Shown here piece by piece: positions 49,332 through 58,620 of a stretch of DNA of 64,000 nucleotides; within the stretch, counting starts at the first letter, position 1, and each line of letters begins with the position of its first letter. Both the position numbers and the translations under genes were made by a program. Origin of the DNA: Treponemataceae bacterium (GTDB lineage: Bacteria > Spirochaetota > Spirochaetia > Treponematales > Rectinemataceae). A model generated the notes under the pieces. It was not told the origin of the DNA. It saw nothing but the letters and a program-made list of their open reading frames with translations, and did not search any database. The stretch is from positions 735,414 to 799,413 of the forward strand of contig CAXXVZ010000004.1 in the NCBI GenBank assembly GCA_963678065.2, written 5' to 3'.

Positions 49332-50390
49332 TCAGGGCTTGGCGGGGGCGTTCTTGATGTCCTTGTAGACATCCTCGTAGGTCTGGAAGCCGGACTTGAC
49401 GACGGCGTCCATGAGGTTGTCCTTGGTGACCTTCACGATCTCGAGGAACTTGCAGGGCACATCACCCGCGAGCTCGGCCTTTCCGGTGAGGTCTGCGAGC
49501 TTGAAGGAGGTCAGGTCGGCGATCTTCTCGCCCTTGGCCATCTTGCCGGCGAGATCGCAGGCGAGAGGTGTGAGGTTGCGGGTATCCTTGAGGATGGTGA
49601 CGGTGAGTTCGCCGCGGGCGATGGAATTGCAGCCGGCGGCTGTGGCATCCTGACCGGAGATGGGGGTCTTGCCGGCGAGCCCGACTGCCTTCATGGCTTC
49701 GAGGGCGCCAAGAGCGGTTCCGTCGTTGGAGGCGACGACTGCGTCGAACTTCTTGCCGGTGGAGACGATGATGTTCTCCATGACCTGCTTGGCGATGGCC
49801 GCATCCCACTTGTCCACCCACTGGTCGGCCACGACTTTGATCTTGCCGGAGTCGATGAGGGGCTGGAGGACTTCCATCTGACCCTTGCGGAAGAGGGTTG
49901 CGTTGTTGTCGGTGGGGTTTCCGCCGAGAAGGACGAACTTGCCTTCGCCCTTTATGGCGATGACGCCCTCGGCCTGAGCGCGGCCGACGGCCACGTTGTC
50001 GAAGGACACGTAGGCGCCGATATTGGCGGATTTGATCAGGCGGTCGTAGGCGATGACCTTGACTTTCTTTTTTGCGACTTCATCGACGACCGTAGCCATG
50101 GCATCGCCGTCTTCGGCGACCGCGATGATGACCTTGGCGCCATCGGTGACCATGTTCTTGACCTGGTCGTTCTGGAGCTTGGCGTCGTGGTTGGCTTCCT
50201 GGACGAGGACTTCGTAGCCGGCTTTCTCGAGAAGATCCTTCATCTGGTCGCGCTCGCGGGACCAGCGCTCGGTGGCGAAATCGGAGAAGGAAAGGCCGAT
50301 CTTGACTTTCTTGGGCTTGCCGGCGCAGCCGGTAAGGGCGAGACTCGCGACCATGAGAAGCGCGAGAACGGTGAATACGGTTTTCTTCAC
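49332..50390 (-). CDS. Monosaccharide-binding lipoprotein (XylF/ChvE-like)
   Basis: Lipobox LTGC; ERWSRE, IAYDRLI, SFDN, TDNNA, SGQDA; GTG start after AGGAGG. Confidence 0.92.
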   Translation of the reverse strand: MKKTVFTVLALLMVASLALTGCAGKPKKVKIGLSFSDFATERWSRERDQMKDLLEKAGYEVLVQEANHDAKLQNDQVKNMVTDGAKVIIAVAEDGDAMATVVDEVAKKKVKVIAYDRLIKSANIGAYVSFDNVAVGRAQAEGVIAIKGEGKFVLLGGNPTDNNATLFRKGQMEVLQPLIDSGKIKVVADQWVDKWDAAIAKQVMENIIVSTGKKFDAVVASNDGTALGALEAMKAVGLAGKTPISGQDATAAGCNSIARGELTVTILKDTRNLTPLACDLAGKMAKGEKIADLTSFKLADLTGKAELAGDVPCKFLEIVKVTKDNLMDAVVKSGFQTYEDVYKDIKNAPAKP

Positions 50391-50433
50391 AAAAGACCTC
50401 CTGTTTGTGTGCCTTGTGGCACCACGATCTTTT

Positions 50434-50451
50434 ATGCACCTACCGTGCCAA
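50434..50451 (-). promoter_or_regulatory. Sigma54 (-24/-12) promoter of the xylFGH-like operon
   Basis: Minus strand TTGGCACG-GTAG-GTGCAT matches YTGGCACG-N4-TTGCW with correct GG-N10-GC spacing. Confidence 0.8.
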
Positions 50452-50598
50452 TAATCTCGATATAATGGAAACAAATATTATTTTCATTATTATGTCAGAA
50501 TATGTCATGATATGTCAAACGATGCTACTGATTGCGACAAGTCTCCTTGTCGCTGGCGCGGCTTCGAAGCGCCGCTTTATTCCGATCAGGACTGTGCC

Positions 50599-50636
50599 GG
50601 TGCACCATGTGGTTCTTTTGCACCACATGGTGCACC
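50599..50636. promoter_or_regulatory. Tandem NtrC-like enhancer sites (UAS)
   Basis: TGCACCA-TG-TGGTTCT (50601-50616) and perfect TGCACCA-CA-TGGTGCA (50619-50634). Confidence 0.7.
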
Positions 50637-50672
50637 ACACCGCCCTGGAGCTGCAGCGAACAGAGCCAGCCC

Positions 50673-52088
50673 TCACTCCTCCAGGCCATATTTCCGCAGG
50701 CGGTAGCGCATCGTGTTCCGGGTAATGCCGAGGCGGCGGGCGGCCTCGCTCACGTTGCCGCCAGCCCTCTCAAGGGCATCCTTTATCATCGCGAGCTCGG
50801 TCTCCTCGAGGGACAGGGCCCAGCTCCCCTCCGGAGAAAGGCGTTTTTCGGGTTCCCCACTCCCGGCCCGCGCGGTGAAGTCCCCGAAGGCCCCGGCCTG
50901 TCTGAGCTCCTGGGGGATGTCCCCGACTCCAATGGTTCTGCCCGGACAGAGGACGACGGCCCTCTCGACGATGTTGCGCAGTTCCCTGATGTTTCCCGGC
51001 CAGGCATAGGAGGCGAATATGTCCAGGACCTCGGAGTCGAAGCCCCCGAGGTCCTTGCGCAGATCGCGGGCGAAGCGCGTGAGGAAGTCCCCGGCGAGGA
51101 CGGGGATATCCTCGGGCCTGTCCCGAAGCGGCGGCAGGGCGATAGTGAAGGTGTTGATGCGGTAGAGGAGGTCCAGCCTGAATCTGCCCTCGCGGACGAG
51201 GTCGTCCAGGCCCCTGTTCGTGGCGCAGACGATGCGGATGTCCACTTTGCGCGACAACCCCGAGCCGAGGGGCTCTATCATCCTTGTCTCGAGCACTCTG
51301 AGAAGTTTGGGCTGTATCGAAGCGGGAAGGTCACCGATCTCGTCGAAAAAGAGAGTCCCGCCGTCGGCCAGCCCCACCCTTCCCTTGAAGTCTTTCTCCG
51401 CGCCGGTGAAGGCGCCCTTGCGGTAGCCGAAAAGCTCGCTCTCGAGGAGTTGCTCGGGCACGGCGGGACAATTGACGGAAACGAAGGGGCGGGAGTCGAA
51501 GTCGCCGCCGGAGTACGCGCGGTGGATGGCCCTCGCGACGACTTCCTTGCCGGTTCCGCTCTCCCCCGTGAGGAGGACGGGCGCGGTGACAGGGCCTATC
51601 CTTTGCACGAGGTCGGCGATCTCCGCCATCTTCCGCGAGACGGCGACGAGCTCGTCCTCCGGCCGACCGCGGGCGGGGAGTTTCTGCCTGAGCCTGAGGT
51701 TTTCGTCTTCGAGGCGTGAGACGCGGAAAATGCGCTCGGCGATGCCGAGCATCAGTTTTTTGGTGAATGGCTTCGTGACGACGTCCACGGCGCCGAGTTT
51801 CATCGCGTCGACGGCCATCTCTACGGTCCCGTAGGCCGTCATGAGGACGAAGGGGATGCCGATGCCGTTCTCCCGCATGCGCGAGAGAAGGGCGATGCCG
51901 TCGAGACCCTCCATCCTGAGATCGGAGACGACGAGGCCATAGGACTCTCCCGATTCGAGAAGGCGCCAGGCGCTCGCTCCGTCGGCCACGCATTCGACCT
52001 CGTATCCTTCCGACTCGAAGAGGATTTCGAGAACGCTGCGGATGTTCGTTTCGTCATCGGCGATGAGTATCCGTTTTTTCCCGGGCAT
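50673..52088 (-). CDS. Sigma54-dependent NtrC-family response regulator
   Basis: Receiver (LIADDE, SDLRM), TGESGTGKE, GAFTGA, WPGNIRELRN, Fis-type HTH. Confidence 0.96.
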   Translation of the reverse strand: MPGKKRILIADDETNIRSVLEILFESEGYEVECVADGASAWRLLESGESYGLVVSDLRMEGLDGIALLSRMRENGIGIPFVLMTAYGTVEMAVDAMKLGAVDVVTKPFTKKLMLGIAERIFRVSRLEDENLRLRQKLPARGRPEDELVAVSRKMAEIADLVQRIGPVTAPVLLTGESGTGKEVVARAIHRAYSGGDFDSRPFVSVNCPAVPEQLLESELFGYRKGAFTGAEKDFKGRVGLADGGTLFFDEIGDLPASIQPKLLRVLETRMIEPLGSGLSRKVDIRIVCATNRGLDDLVREGRFRLDLLYRINTFTIALPPLRDRPEDIPVLAGDFLTRFARDLRKDLGGFDSEVLDIFASYAWPGNIRELRNIVERAVVLCPGRTIGVGDIPQELRQAGAFGDFTARAGSGEPEKRLSPEGSWALSLEETELAMIKDALERAGGNVSEAARRLGITRNTMRYRLRKYGLEE

Positions 52089-53917
52089 CAGAGCGCCTCC
52101 GGTATGATCATTTTTATGGTCGAACCCTTCCCCGGCTCGGATTCGACGGAAACCGAGCCGCCGTGACTCTCGACGATGCGGTGCACCACGGAGAGACCGA
52201 GGCCGGTGCCGTCGCTCTTGGTCGTGAAGAAGGGATCGAAGATGCGGGCGCGCACCGCTTCGCTCATGCCTCTGCCCGAATCGGCGACGCCGATGCTGAG
52301 GGTGGAATCCGAAACCTCGGCGAAGACCCGTATCCTCCCCGCGCCATCCATCGCCTGGAGGGCGTTGAGAACGAGGTTGGTCAGGGCCTGGTCGACCAAG
52401 TGCCTGTCCAGGGTCGCAGAGGCCCCTTCGGGGCTGACCTCGACGAGGAACTCGGCGCCGGGATAGCGGCTCTGGGGAATCCTCGCGAGGATGTGGGCGA
52501 GAAAGTCCCGGAGGAGGACCTTCTCCTTGTGCACCTGAAGGGGCCTGGTGAAATCGAGAAACTTCGAGACAGTCTCCTCGAGAGAATCGATCTCGGAACC
52601 CAGCATACCCGCGAGCTTTCTCACCTTCCCGTCGGGATCTTTCTCCCCGTCCATGGAATCGCGGATCATCTCGGAGGAAACCTTCATGACGGCGAGAGGA
52701 TTCCGTATCTGATGCGCCACACCGGCCACCATCTCGCCGATCGCGGCCATGCGCGAGGTCAGTTTGAGCCTCTCCTCGAGCTTGCGCAGATTGCCGGTCA
52801 TGTGCTCGAACTCCGTCTCGAGTTCGGCGAACTCATCCTCGGTCCTCTTGGAGGGGATGTAGGTCAGCTCGCCCCGCGAGATGGTCCGGATGGCCTCCTG
52901 GAAATCGGAGAAGGGTTTCCAGAAGCTGTAGCGGTAGAGGAGGATGGCCATCCCGAAAGCGAAGATGAGGGTGGCGGCCATGAGCATGAGGGTCGTGGTC
53001 ACGTAGCGGCCGAGGAGTGCCCGCGTCGGGGATCGGTCGAGGAAGAAGACGAGCTTGAGCTCCGGGAAGGAGACGAAGCGGACGGAGCGGTACTCGTAGC
53101 TGCGGATGCTTCCCGAGGTGGGATCGCTGGAGGTCGAGGCCGCGATGCGCGAGTAGGCTATGAACACGTCGTCGGAGAGCCGCCCATTCACGAGGATCGA
53201 GTCGCGCAGGGCGAGCAGCATCACTGTGTTGGAGATCTCCTCGATGCGGCCGACGAACCAGCGGTCGAGGCCGATGGCGGCGCAGAGTACCCCGATTGTC
53301 CTGTCGCCCGTCACGACAGGAAAGACTACCCACATGTGTATCTTGTTTCCCAGCCCCGACAGCACGACCTTGCCCTGCGGCTCCGCGGGAAGCTCCGATG
53401 GCCCGGACTGGCTGTTGCCCCACCCCGCCATGACGTCCGGCTCTCCGGAGCCCCCGAGGGTGCCGCCCTGCAGCATGTCCTTCCCGAGGCCTCTTTTTGC
53501 CGCGATGGAGAGCATCAGCGCATCGCCGCTCGAGATGAGGGTGCGGCCCTCCCGATCCAGGACGCGAACCGCGTCCAGCTTGAGCGGTCCGCGGAAGAGC
53601 TCGATCTCCCGGCGCAGATCGACGATCTGGCCGGATTTGACGGCATCGGTCACCGCGCGCTGCCCTGCGAGCAGTTTTGCCTTGACAAGGCTGTCCTTGT
53701 ACACATCGTCGAAATACTTCTCGATGAGAGCGACGGTGCGGCGGGACTGATCCTCGAGGGTCGAGGCGGTGGCGCGTTCGGTCAGATAACGGATGGCGAC
53801 GATGGACATCAGCCCCTGCACGAGGACGACGACCGCGAAGGACGCGATAACCTTGGAGGAGATCGTCCTGAAGAACGGCAGCCTGAACCTCGGGCCCCGG
53901 AGGGTTTTCTCAGCCAT
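52088..53917 (-). CDS. Membrane sensor histidine kinase (periplasmic Cache-like domain, HAMP, HisKA)
   Basis: Two TM; VAHQIRNPL, NALQAM, DSGRG, FDPFFTTK, GTGLGL. Confidence 0.93.
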   Translation of the reverse strand: MAEKTLRGPRFRLPFFRTISSKVIASFAVVVLVQGLMSIVAIRYLTERATASTLEDQSRRTVALIEKYFDDVYKDSLVKAKLLAGQRAVTDAVKSGQIVDLRREIELFRGPLKLDAVRVLDREGRTLISSGDALMLSIAAKRGLGKDMLQGGTLGGSGEPDVMAGWGNSQSGPSELPAEPQGKVVLSGLGNKIHMWVVFPVVTGDRTIGVLCAAIGLDRWFVGRIEEISNTVMLLALRDSILVNGRLSDDVFIAYSRIAASTSSDPTSGSIRSYEYRSVRFVSFPELKLVFFLDRSPTRALLGRYVTTTLMLMAATLIFAFGMAILLYRYSFWKPFSDFQEAIRTISRGELTYIPSKRTEDEFAELETEFEHMTGNLRKLEERLKLTSRMAAIGEMVAGVAHQIRNPLAVMKVSSEMIRDSMDGEKDPDGKVRKLAGMLGSEIDSLEETVSKFLDFTRPLQVHKEKVLLRDFLAHILARIPQSRYPGAEFLVEVSPEGASATLDRHLVDQALTNLVLNALQAMDGAGRIRVFAEVSDSTLSIGVADSGRGMSEAVRARIFDPFFTTKSDGTGLGLSVVHRIVESHGGSVSVESEPGKGSTIKMIIPEAL

Positions 53918-53924
53918 AGGTCCG

Positions 53925-53933
53925 ACTATAGCA
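53925..53933 (-). promoter_or_regulatory. Extended -10 promoter, leaderless configuration
   Basis: TGcTATAGT-7 nt-ATG(53917); no SD. Confidence 0.5.
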
Positions 53934-54007
53934 TGCCCGGAGGGCAAAATCATTCAGCCGAATGAACGACCCCCGGAGCAGCTGTGAGGTATGGACCCGC
54001 CTGCGAA

Positions 54008-55438
54008 TCATTCAACCGCGGGAAGGGAGCGGGCGACCCGGAATCCGACCCGTATGTACCCCGAGCTTCCGCCGCTGACGGGTGTATAGAAGTCGCGGTA
54101 TACGGTCCGGCAGAGGATGGGGTCGGTTTCGGCCCAGTCCCCGCCCCGGATAGCCTTCGAGCTGCCGGTATCGGCGCCGCGCGGGTCGGTCGCCTCGGCC
54201 GCGGCGTACGCTGTGTACCAGTCCTGGCACCACTCCGCCGCGTTGCCGGTCATGTCGAAGATGCCGAGTTCGTTGGCAGCCTTCGTCGCCACGGTGTGGG
54301 TCGTACCGGCAGAATTGCCGCCGTGCCAGGCGACCCCGTCGAGAGTGGAAGATCCGGAGTAGAGATTCCCCGAACCTACGCCCGCATCGCCTCCGCGCGC
54401 GGCGAATTCCCACTCGGCCTCCGTCGGCAACCGGTAACCGCTTCCCTTCCAGTCCGCGACGACGACCGTCGCAAAGGTGATCGGGTAACCAGAAGCCGGC
54501 ACCCGCGCCGATATCGTGTAGAATGGATCGAACCCGTCGCGCGACGAGAGCCTGTTGCAGAATTCCACGGCGTCGTACCAGGTGACTTTCTCGACAGGAC
54601 GTGTTTCCCAGCCCGCGGCGGAGGCGAACGATGAGGGATTGTCGCCCGTGACAGTCTTGTACAGCTGCTGGGTGATCTCTGTGAGGCCGATCGCGTAAGC
54701 GGAGAGATTCACCTTGTGCACGGGTTTTGCGTTCGTCAGAGCGGAGGCGGCGTCATCGGAGCCCATGAGGAAGGACGAGGCCGGAATGTCCACGGCGCTC
54801 AGGGAATAGGATCCGATGACTATCCTCGCCGTGGCGACGGGGGAGGGATACCAGCCTGTCCGGTATGCGATGGCCTGGAAGGTCGTCGTCGCGTCCACCG
54901 TGACAGGTCCGGAATACACGGTTCCGGAATCTGAGGTCGGCGTGAGGCCGTCCGTCCGGTAGCGAATCGCCGCCCCGGGAGTGGAACAGACCATCGTGAC
55001 GGTCTGGCTGCCCTTGTAAGTGCCGGCCGCCGGGTATATGGCGGGACGAGCTACCGCGCCGATGATGGTGAAGGTCCCCGACACGACGGCCGAATCCGTC
55101 CAGCCGGACTTGAAAGCTATTGCCTTGACGGTGACGGTCTCGGTGAGTTCGATCGCGGTACCATCGTAGACGGCGCCGTAGGAGGCAGTCGGCGCACTGC
55201 CATCGGTCGTGTACCTGATGAGGGCTCCCGAGGTCGTCGTGGACAGGACAAGCCGCTGGGGGGAAGTGTACGCGAGCTCCGAACCCGGCACGAGGCCTAT
55301 GAAGACCGGGGCGACGACGTTGCCGCCAGAGAAGATCGTTCCACAGGAGCCGAGAAGGGCGACGAGAAGAACGAAAAAGGAGAGAAGGGTCGCCCCGGCC
55401 GCGATCCCCATCGGCGCTTCCCGATCACGGCGTTGCAT
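54008..55438 (-). CDS. Lipoprotein with two Fn3-associated (CHB_HEX_C-like) repeats and a C-terminal FGE-sulfatase/CLec domain
   Basis: Lipobox LLGSC; IRYTTDGSAPT and IRYRTDGLTPT repeats; RLPTEAEWEFAARG, DMTGNAAEWCQDW, RGGDW, GFRVAR. Confidence 0.88.
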   Translation of the reverse strand: MQRRDREAPMGIAAGATLLSFFVLLVALLGSCGTIFSGGNVVAPVFIGLVPGSELAYTSPQRLVLSTTTSGALIRYTTDGSAPTASYGAVYDGTAIELTETVTVKAIAFKSGWTDSAVVSGTFTIIGAVARPAIYPAAGTYKGSQTVTMVCSTPGAAIRYRTDGLTPTSDSGTVYSGPVTVDATTTFQAIAYRTGWYPSPVATARIVIGSYSLSAVDIPASSFLMGSDDAASALTNAKPVHKVNLSAYAIGLTEITQQLYKTVTGDNPSSFASAAGWETRPVEKVTWYDAVEFCNRLSSRDGFDPFYTISARVPASGYPITFATVVVADWKGSGYRLPTEAEWEFAARGGDAGVGSGNLYSGSSTLDGVAWHGGNSAGTTHTVATKAANELGIFDMTGNAAEWCQDWYTAYAAAEATDPRGADTGSSKAIRGGDWAETDPILCRTVYRDFYTPVSGGSSGYIRVGFRVARSLPAVE

Positions 55439-55448
55439 CGGACCCTTC

Positions 55449-56441
55449 TCAGCCGACTATCTGGCCGATCACGCGGTGCCAGTTTCCACCCATGATCTTT
55501 CCGATCACATCCGGGGCGATTCCCCTCGCCTGCATCGCCGCCGTGAGTTCCGGCAGCCGGGAACAGTCCTTCATCACGAGGCCGTACGTGTCCGTGAATC
55601 CGTCGAAATCGGTGCCGAGACCCACGTGGTCGGGTCCGACGACCGAGAGCAGACGCTCGATGTGGTCCACCGTCCTTTCGACGGAGACTTTGGCCGGATC
55701 CTCGTCGACGAAAATGCCGGCGAAGGTCACGGCGACGAGGCCTCCCGTCGCGGCGATCCGTTCCGCGAGGGCGTCCGTGAGGTTCCTCGGGTGCGGACAG
55801 AGCTCGCGCGAGTTCGAGTGGGACGCGACGATCGGTCGCTCGGCGACGGCGAGGACGTCCAGAAGCGTCTCATCGGCGCAGTGCGACACGTCGACGATCA
55901 TGCCGAGCTTCTCCATCTCCTTCACGACCGAGCGGCCGAAATCGCTCAGGCCGTCCACCCCTTCGACCTTGACTCCCCTGCCGATGGCGTTGCGCCTCGA
56001 CCAGGTCAGAGTCATGAGGCGCACTCCCCTTTTGTAGAAAGTCCTGAGCTCGTCGAGGCTCGTTCCGATGGCTTCCCCGCCTTCGATCGCGACGAGTGCG
56101 GCCACCCTAGCCTCGCGCTTTGCCCGGTCTATCTCGGCCGCGCTCCGTGCGATGAACATGCGGTCCGTGCGGGAACAGGTTTTTTCGAGGGTATCGAGGA
56201 GGCAGTGGGTGTAGGAGTTGACCTCTGCCAGGGCGTTGTCGCTGGTAAAAAGGGCCATGAACTGGCCCGAGACGCCGCCTTCCAAGAGGCGGGGGATGTC
56301 GGAGTGGCCAGTCTCACCCCGCGCGAGGAGATCGCGGGGGGGGCGTGCGCCGTCGGCGTAGCACTGTCCGACGGCGTCGAGGATGGTGTCGCAGTGTCCG
56401 TCTATGACGGTGATCGATCCGTGCAGGTCGCGTGCGTTCAT
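55449..56441 (-). CDS. Membrane (renal-type, M19) dipeptidase
   Basis: IDGHCD, IEGG, LTW, DVSH, ASHSN, PRN, GLGTDFDG. Confidence 0.92.
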   Translation of the reverse strand: MNARDLHGSITVIDGHCDTILDAVGQCYADGARPPRDLLARGETGHSDIPRLLEGGVSGQFMALFTSDNALAEVNSYTHCLLDTLEKTCSRTDRMFIARSAAEIDRAKREARVAALVAIEGGEAIGTSLDELRTFYKRGVRLMTLTWSRRNAIGRGVKVEGVDGLSDFGRSVVKEMEKLGMIVDVSHCADETLLDVLAVAERPIVASHSNSRELCPHPRNLTDALAERIAATGGLVAVTFAGIFVDEDPAKVSVERTVDHIERLLSVVGPDHVGLGTDFDGFTDTYGLVMKDCSRLPELTAAMQARGIAPDVIGKIMGGNWHRVIGQIVG

Positions 56442-56445
56442 ATTT

Positions 56446-56832
56446 TTACTTCTGGACCGGAGTTCCGGCCTCGATATCGGCTATCGCCTTCTGAAGAATC
56501 GCGTCGAGTCTGCGGAAGGTCTCGAGCGGCATGCCGGATGTGAGGGCCTGCAGTTCCGCTACGAGAGTCTTGATTCCCTCGATGCTCTCGAGCCCTTTGG
56601 AGAAGAGATCCACCTTTACCGTAAGGGCGTCTATCTTCGCATTGATGACATCGATCTTTTCGCTCTTCGCGTTCAGTTCCTGAACGGACTTCTTGAGCTC
56701 GTCGATCCTGGCGGCCAGCTGGTCGTCTTTGGAAACGACATACGATTGACTGGCCCCGCCCATGCTTTTCAACATGGATGAACAACTTCCCAGCACGAGA
56801 ATCGGCAGGATGACGATGAGCAGCTTTTTCAT
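56446..56832 (-). CDS. Small coiled-coil lipoprotein (Lpp-like)
   Basis: MKK-hydrophobic-LGSC lipobox; heptad repeats; C-terminal Lys; SD GGGAGG. Confidence 0.75.
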   Translation of the reverse strand: MKKLLIVILPILVLGSCSSMLKSMGGASQSYVVSKDDQLAARIDELKKSVQELNAKSEKIDVINAKIDALTVKVDLFSKGLESIEGIKTLVAELQALTSGMPLETFRRLDAILQKAIADIEAGTPVQK

Positions 56833-56913
56833 GTCCTTTTCCTCCCATTGATTCGAAAGTGAGTTTCATGCCCCCGCAGCGCGGGGTCGTTCATTCACGC
56901 TCCGTACGGGTGT

Positions 56914-58614
56914 TCAGGGAGCGATCGTGACAGGGCAATGTCCCGTGGCCCCGATGGCCCCATTCAGGAAAGCGGCGACGGAACGTGCGGACAGGGCCGT
57001 GTATTCGTAGGCACAGACACAGGCCGCATCGGGGAAAAGCCTCGCGTCGTAGGGGCTTCGCGTCGCGATACAGGCGAAGGGCGAATCAAGGGCGGCGCAT
57101 CGACGACGCACTTCCGAGGCCAGCTCCTTCTGGACGGGGTCGGAAGCCGCGTTGTGGAGACCGAAAACGACAGGCAGTCCCGCGCGCTCCGCGAGGAAAT
57201 CTTCGAGTCGGGAGAGGCAGCTTCTGACTCCCTCGGCCGAGGGCCGGGCCGGAAGCGAGCATCCATTCCAGAGGGTCGTGGAAAGGGCAAAGAGTATCGA
57301 ATCGGGGAAGAGAGATGACGGCGCGCCGCCCGCCCGCTCGTCCACCGCGCCTTCATACCCTGGCTTTCCGGGGCCTGCGGGCCCGAGAGCGGCATCTTCG
57401 ACCCGCGAGAATCCGGCGGGAAGCATGTCAACATAAAAACCTCCCCGGGAGAGCTCGGGAAAGCGTGCGGCACTGGCCGGAGAAAGGGACTGCGCGGAGA
57501 GCCGGGCGGCGAGCTCCACTGCCGCGGCGGGTGCCAGCGCGGGTTCGGAAGGGGAGCTGAGGGCGACATCGCGGAGAGTCGGCGAGGCCTGTGCGGAGGC
57601 GAGATCTTTCATGGCGAGGATGCGCCCGAGGGCTTCGTCGATCCTGGATTCAGGGATGCGGCCGGAGAGCACGGCCTCGCGGATGCGCCGGGCGGATTCG
57701 ATCTGCAGTTCCGCGGTGTGGCTCACCATGATCATGTCCGCGCCAGCCTCGACGGCCATGACGGCGGCGTCGGGGAAGTGATCGGCTATGGCCTTCATCT
57801 CCATGCAGTCGGTCACGACGACACCGCGGAATCCGAGGCCGCTGCGCAGAAGCCCCCGGATCACCGCGGAGGAGAGCGTGGCGGGCAAAGGCTGAGGCTC
57901 CACGGCCGGGAAGCGCACATGGGCTGTCAGAATGGAGGGAATCCCAGCCCCGATGAGGTCGACGAAGGGTACGAGTTCGACCGATTCAAGCCTCTCCGCA
58001 GTGTGGCCGACTTCGGGCAGGTCGAGGTGGGAATCTACACTCGTGTCGCCGTGGCCGGGAAAGTGCTTGGCGCAACATATGACGCCGCCTTCCCGCATGC
58101 CCTCGAACCAGGCCCGGGCGTACTCGGAGACCCTCAGGGGATCCTCGCCGAAACTGCGCACGCCGATGACAGGATTGGCGGGATTCACGTTGACGTCGGC
58201 GACCGGGCCGAGGTTCCAGTCGATGCCGAGGGCGCAAAGATCGCGCGCCACCTGGGCGCAGAGGGTCCGGACTTCCTCAGGCGTCGCGCCGGCGGAAAGC
58301 GCCATGGCCCCGGGCAGCGCCGTGACACCGCGTGAAATCCGCGCGACGATTCCGCCCTCCTGGTCTATGCAGACGAAAGGCTGGATTCCGGTTTCCGCCC
58401 CGATGAGCGAGCGGGCAAAGGAGGCCGAGCGGGCAGCGGTCGCCGCGTCCTGCGCATTGCGGGTGAAGAGGATGACGTTGCCCGCCTGAGTCTCAGAGAC
58501 GACACGGCGGAGCGCCTCTTCGCCTTCAACTCCTCCGGCAAAACCGACAACGAGCATCTGGCCGATTTTTTCTTTCAGCGATAATCGGTTCCCCCAGCCT
58601 GATGGATCGATCAT
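56914..58614 (-). CDS. nagZ: GH3 beta-N-acetylhexosaminidase
   Basis: IDQEGG, RSFGED, KHFPGHGDTSVDSH (NagZ signature), TDCMEM. Confidence 0.9.
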   Translation of the reverse strand: MIDPSGWGNRLSLKEKIGQMLVVGFAGGVEGEEALRRVVSETQAGNVILFTRNAQDAATAARSASFARSLIGAETGIQPFVCIDQEGGIVARISRGVTALPGAMALSAGATPEEVRTLCAQVARDLCALGIDWNLGPVADVNVNPANPVIGVRSFGEDPLRVSEYARAWFEGMREGGVICCAKHFPGHGDTSVDSHLDLPEVGHTAERLESVELVPFVDLIGAGIPSILTAHVRFPAVEPQPLPATLSSAVIRGLLRSGLGFRGVVVTDCMEMKAIADHFPDAAVMAVEAGADMIMVSHTAELQIESARRIREAVLSGRIPESRIDEALGRILAMKDLASAQASPTLRDVALSSPSEPALAPAAAVELAARLSAQSLSPASAARFPELSRGGFYVDMLPAGFSRVEDAALGPAGPGKPGYEGAVDERAGGAPSSLFPDSILFALSTTLWNGCSLPARPSAEGVRSCLSRLEDFLAERAGLPVVFGLHNAASDPVQKELASEVRRRCAALDSPFACIATRSPYDARLFPDAACVCAYEYTALSARSVAAFLNGAIGATGHCPVTIAP

Positions 58615-58620
58615 TTCAGC

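Noticed and set aside
53934..55438. Complete diversity-generating retroelement
   Set aside because: No reverse transcriptase, Avd or template repeat in the window
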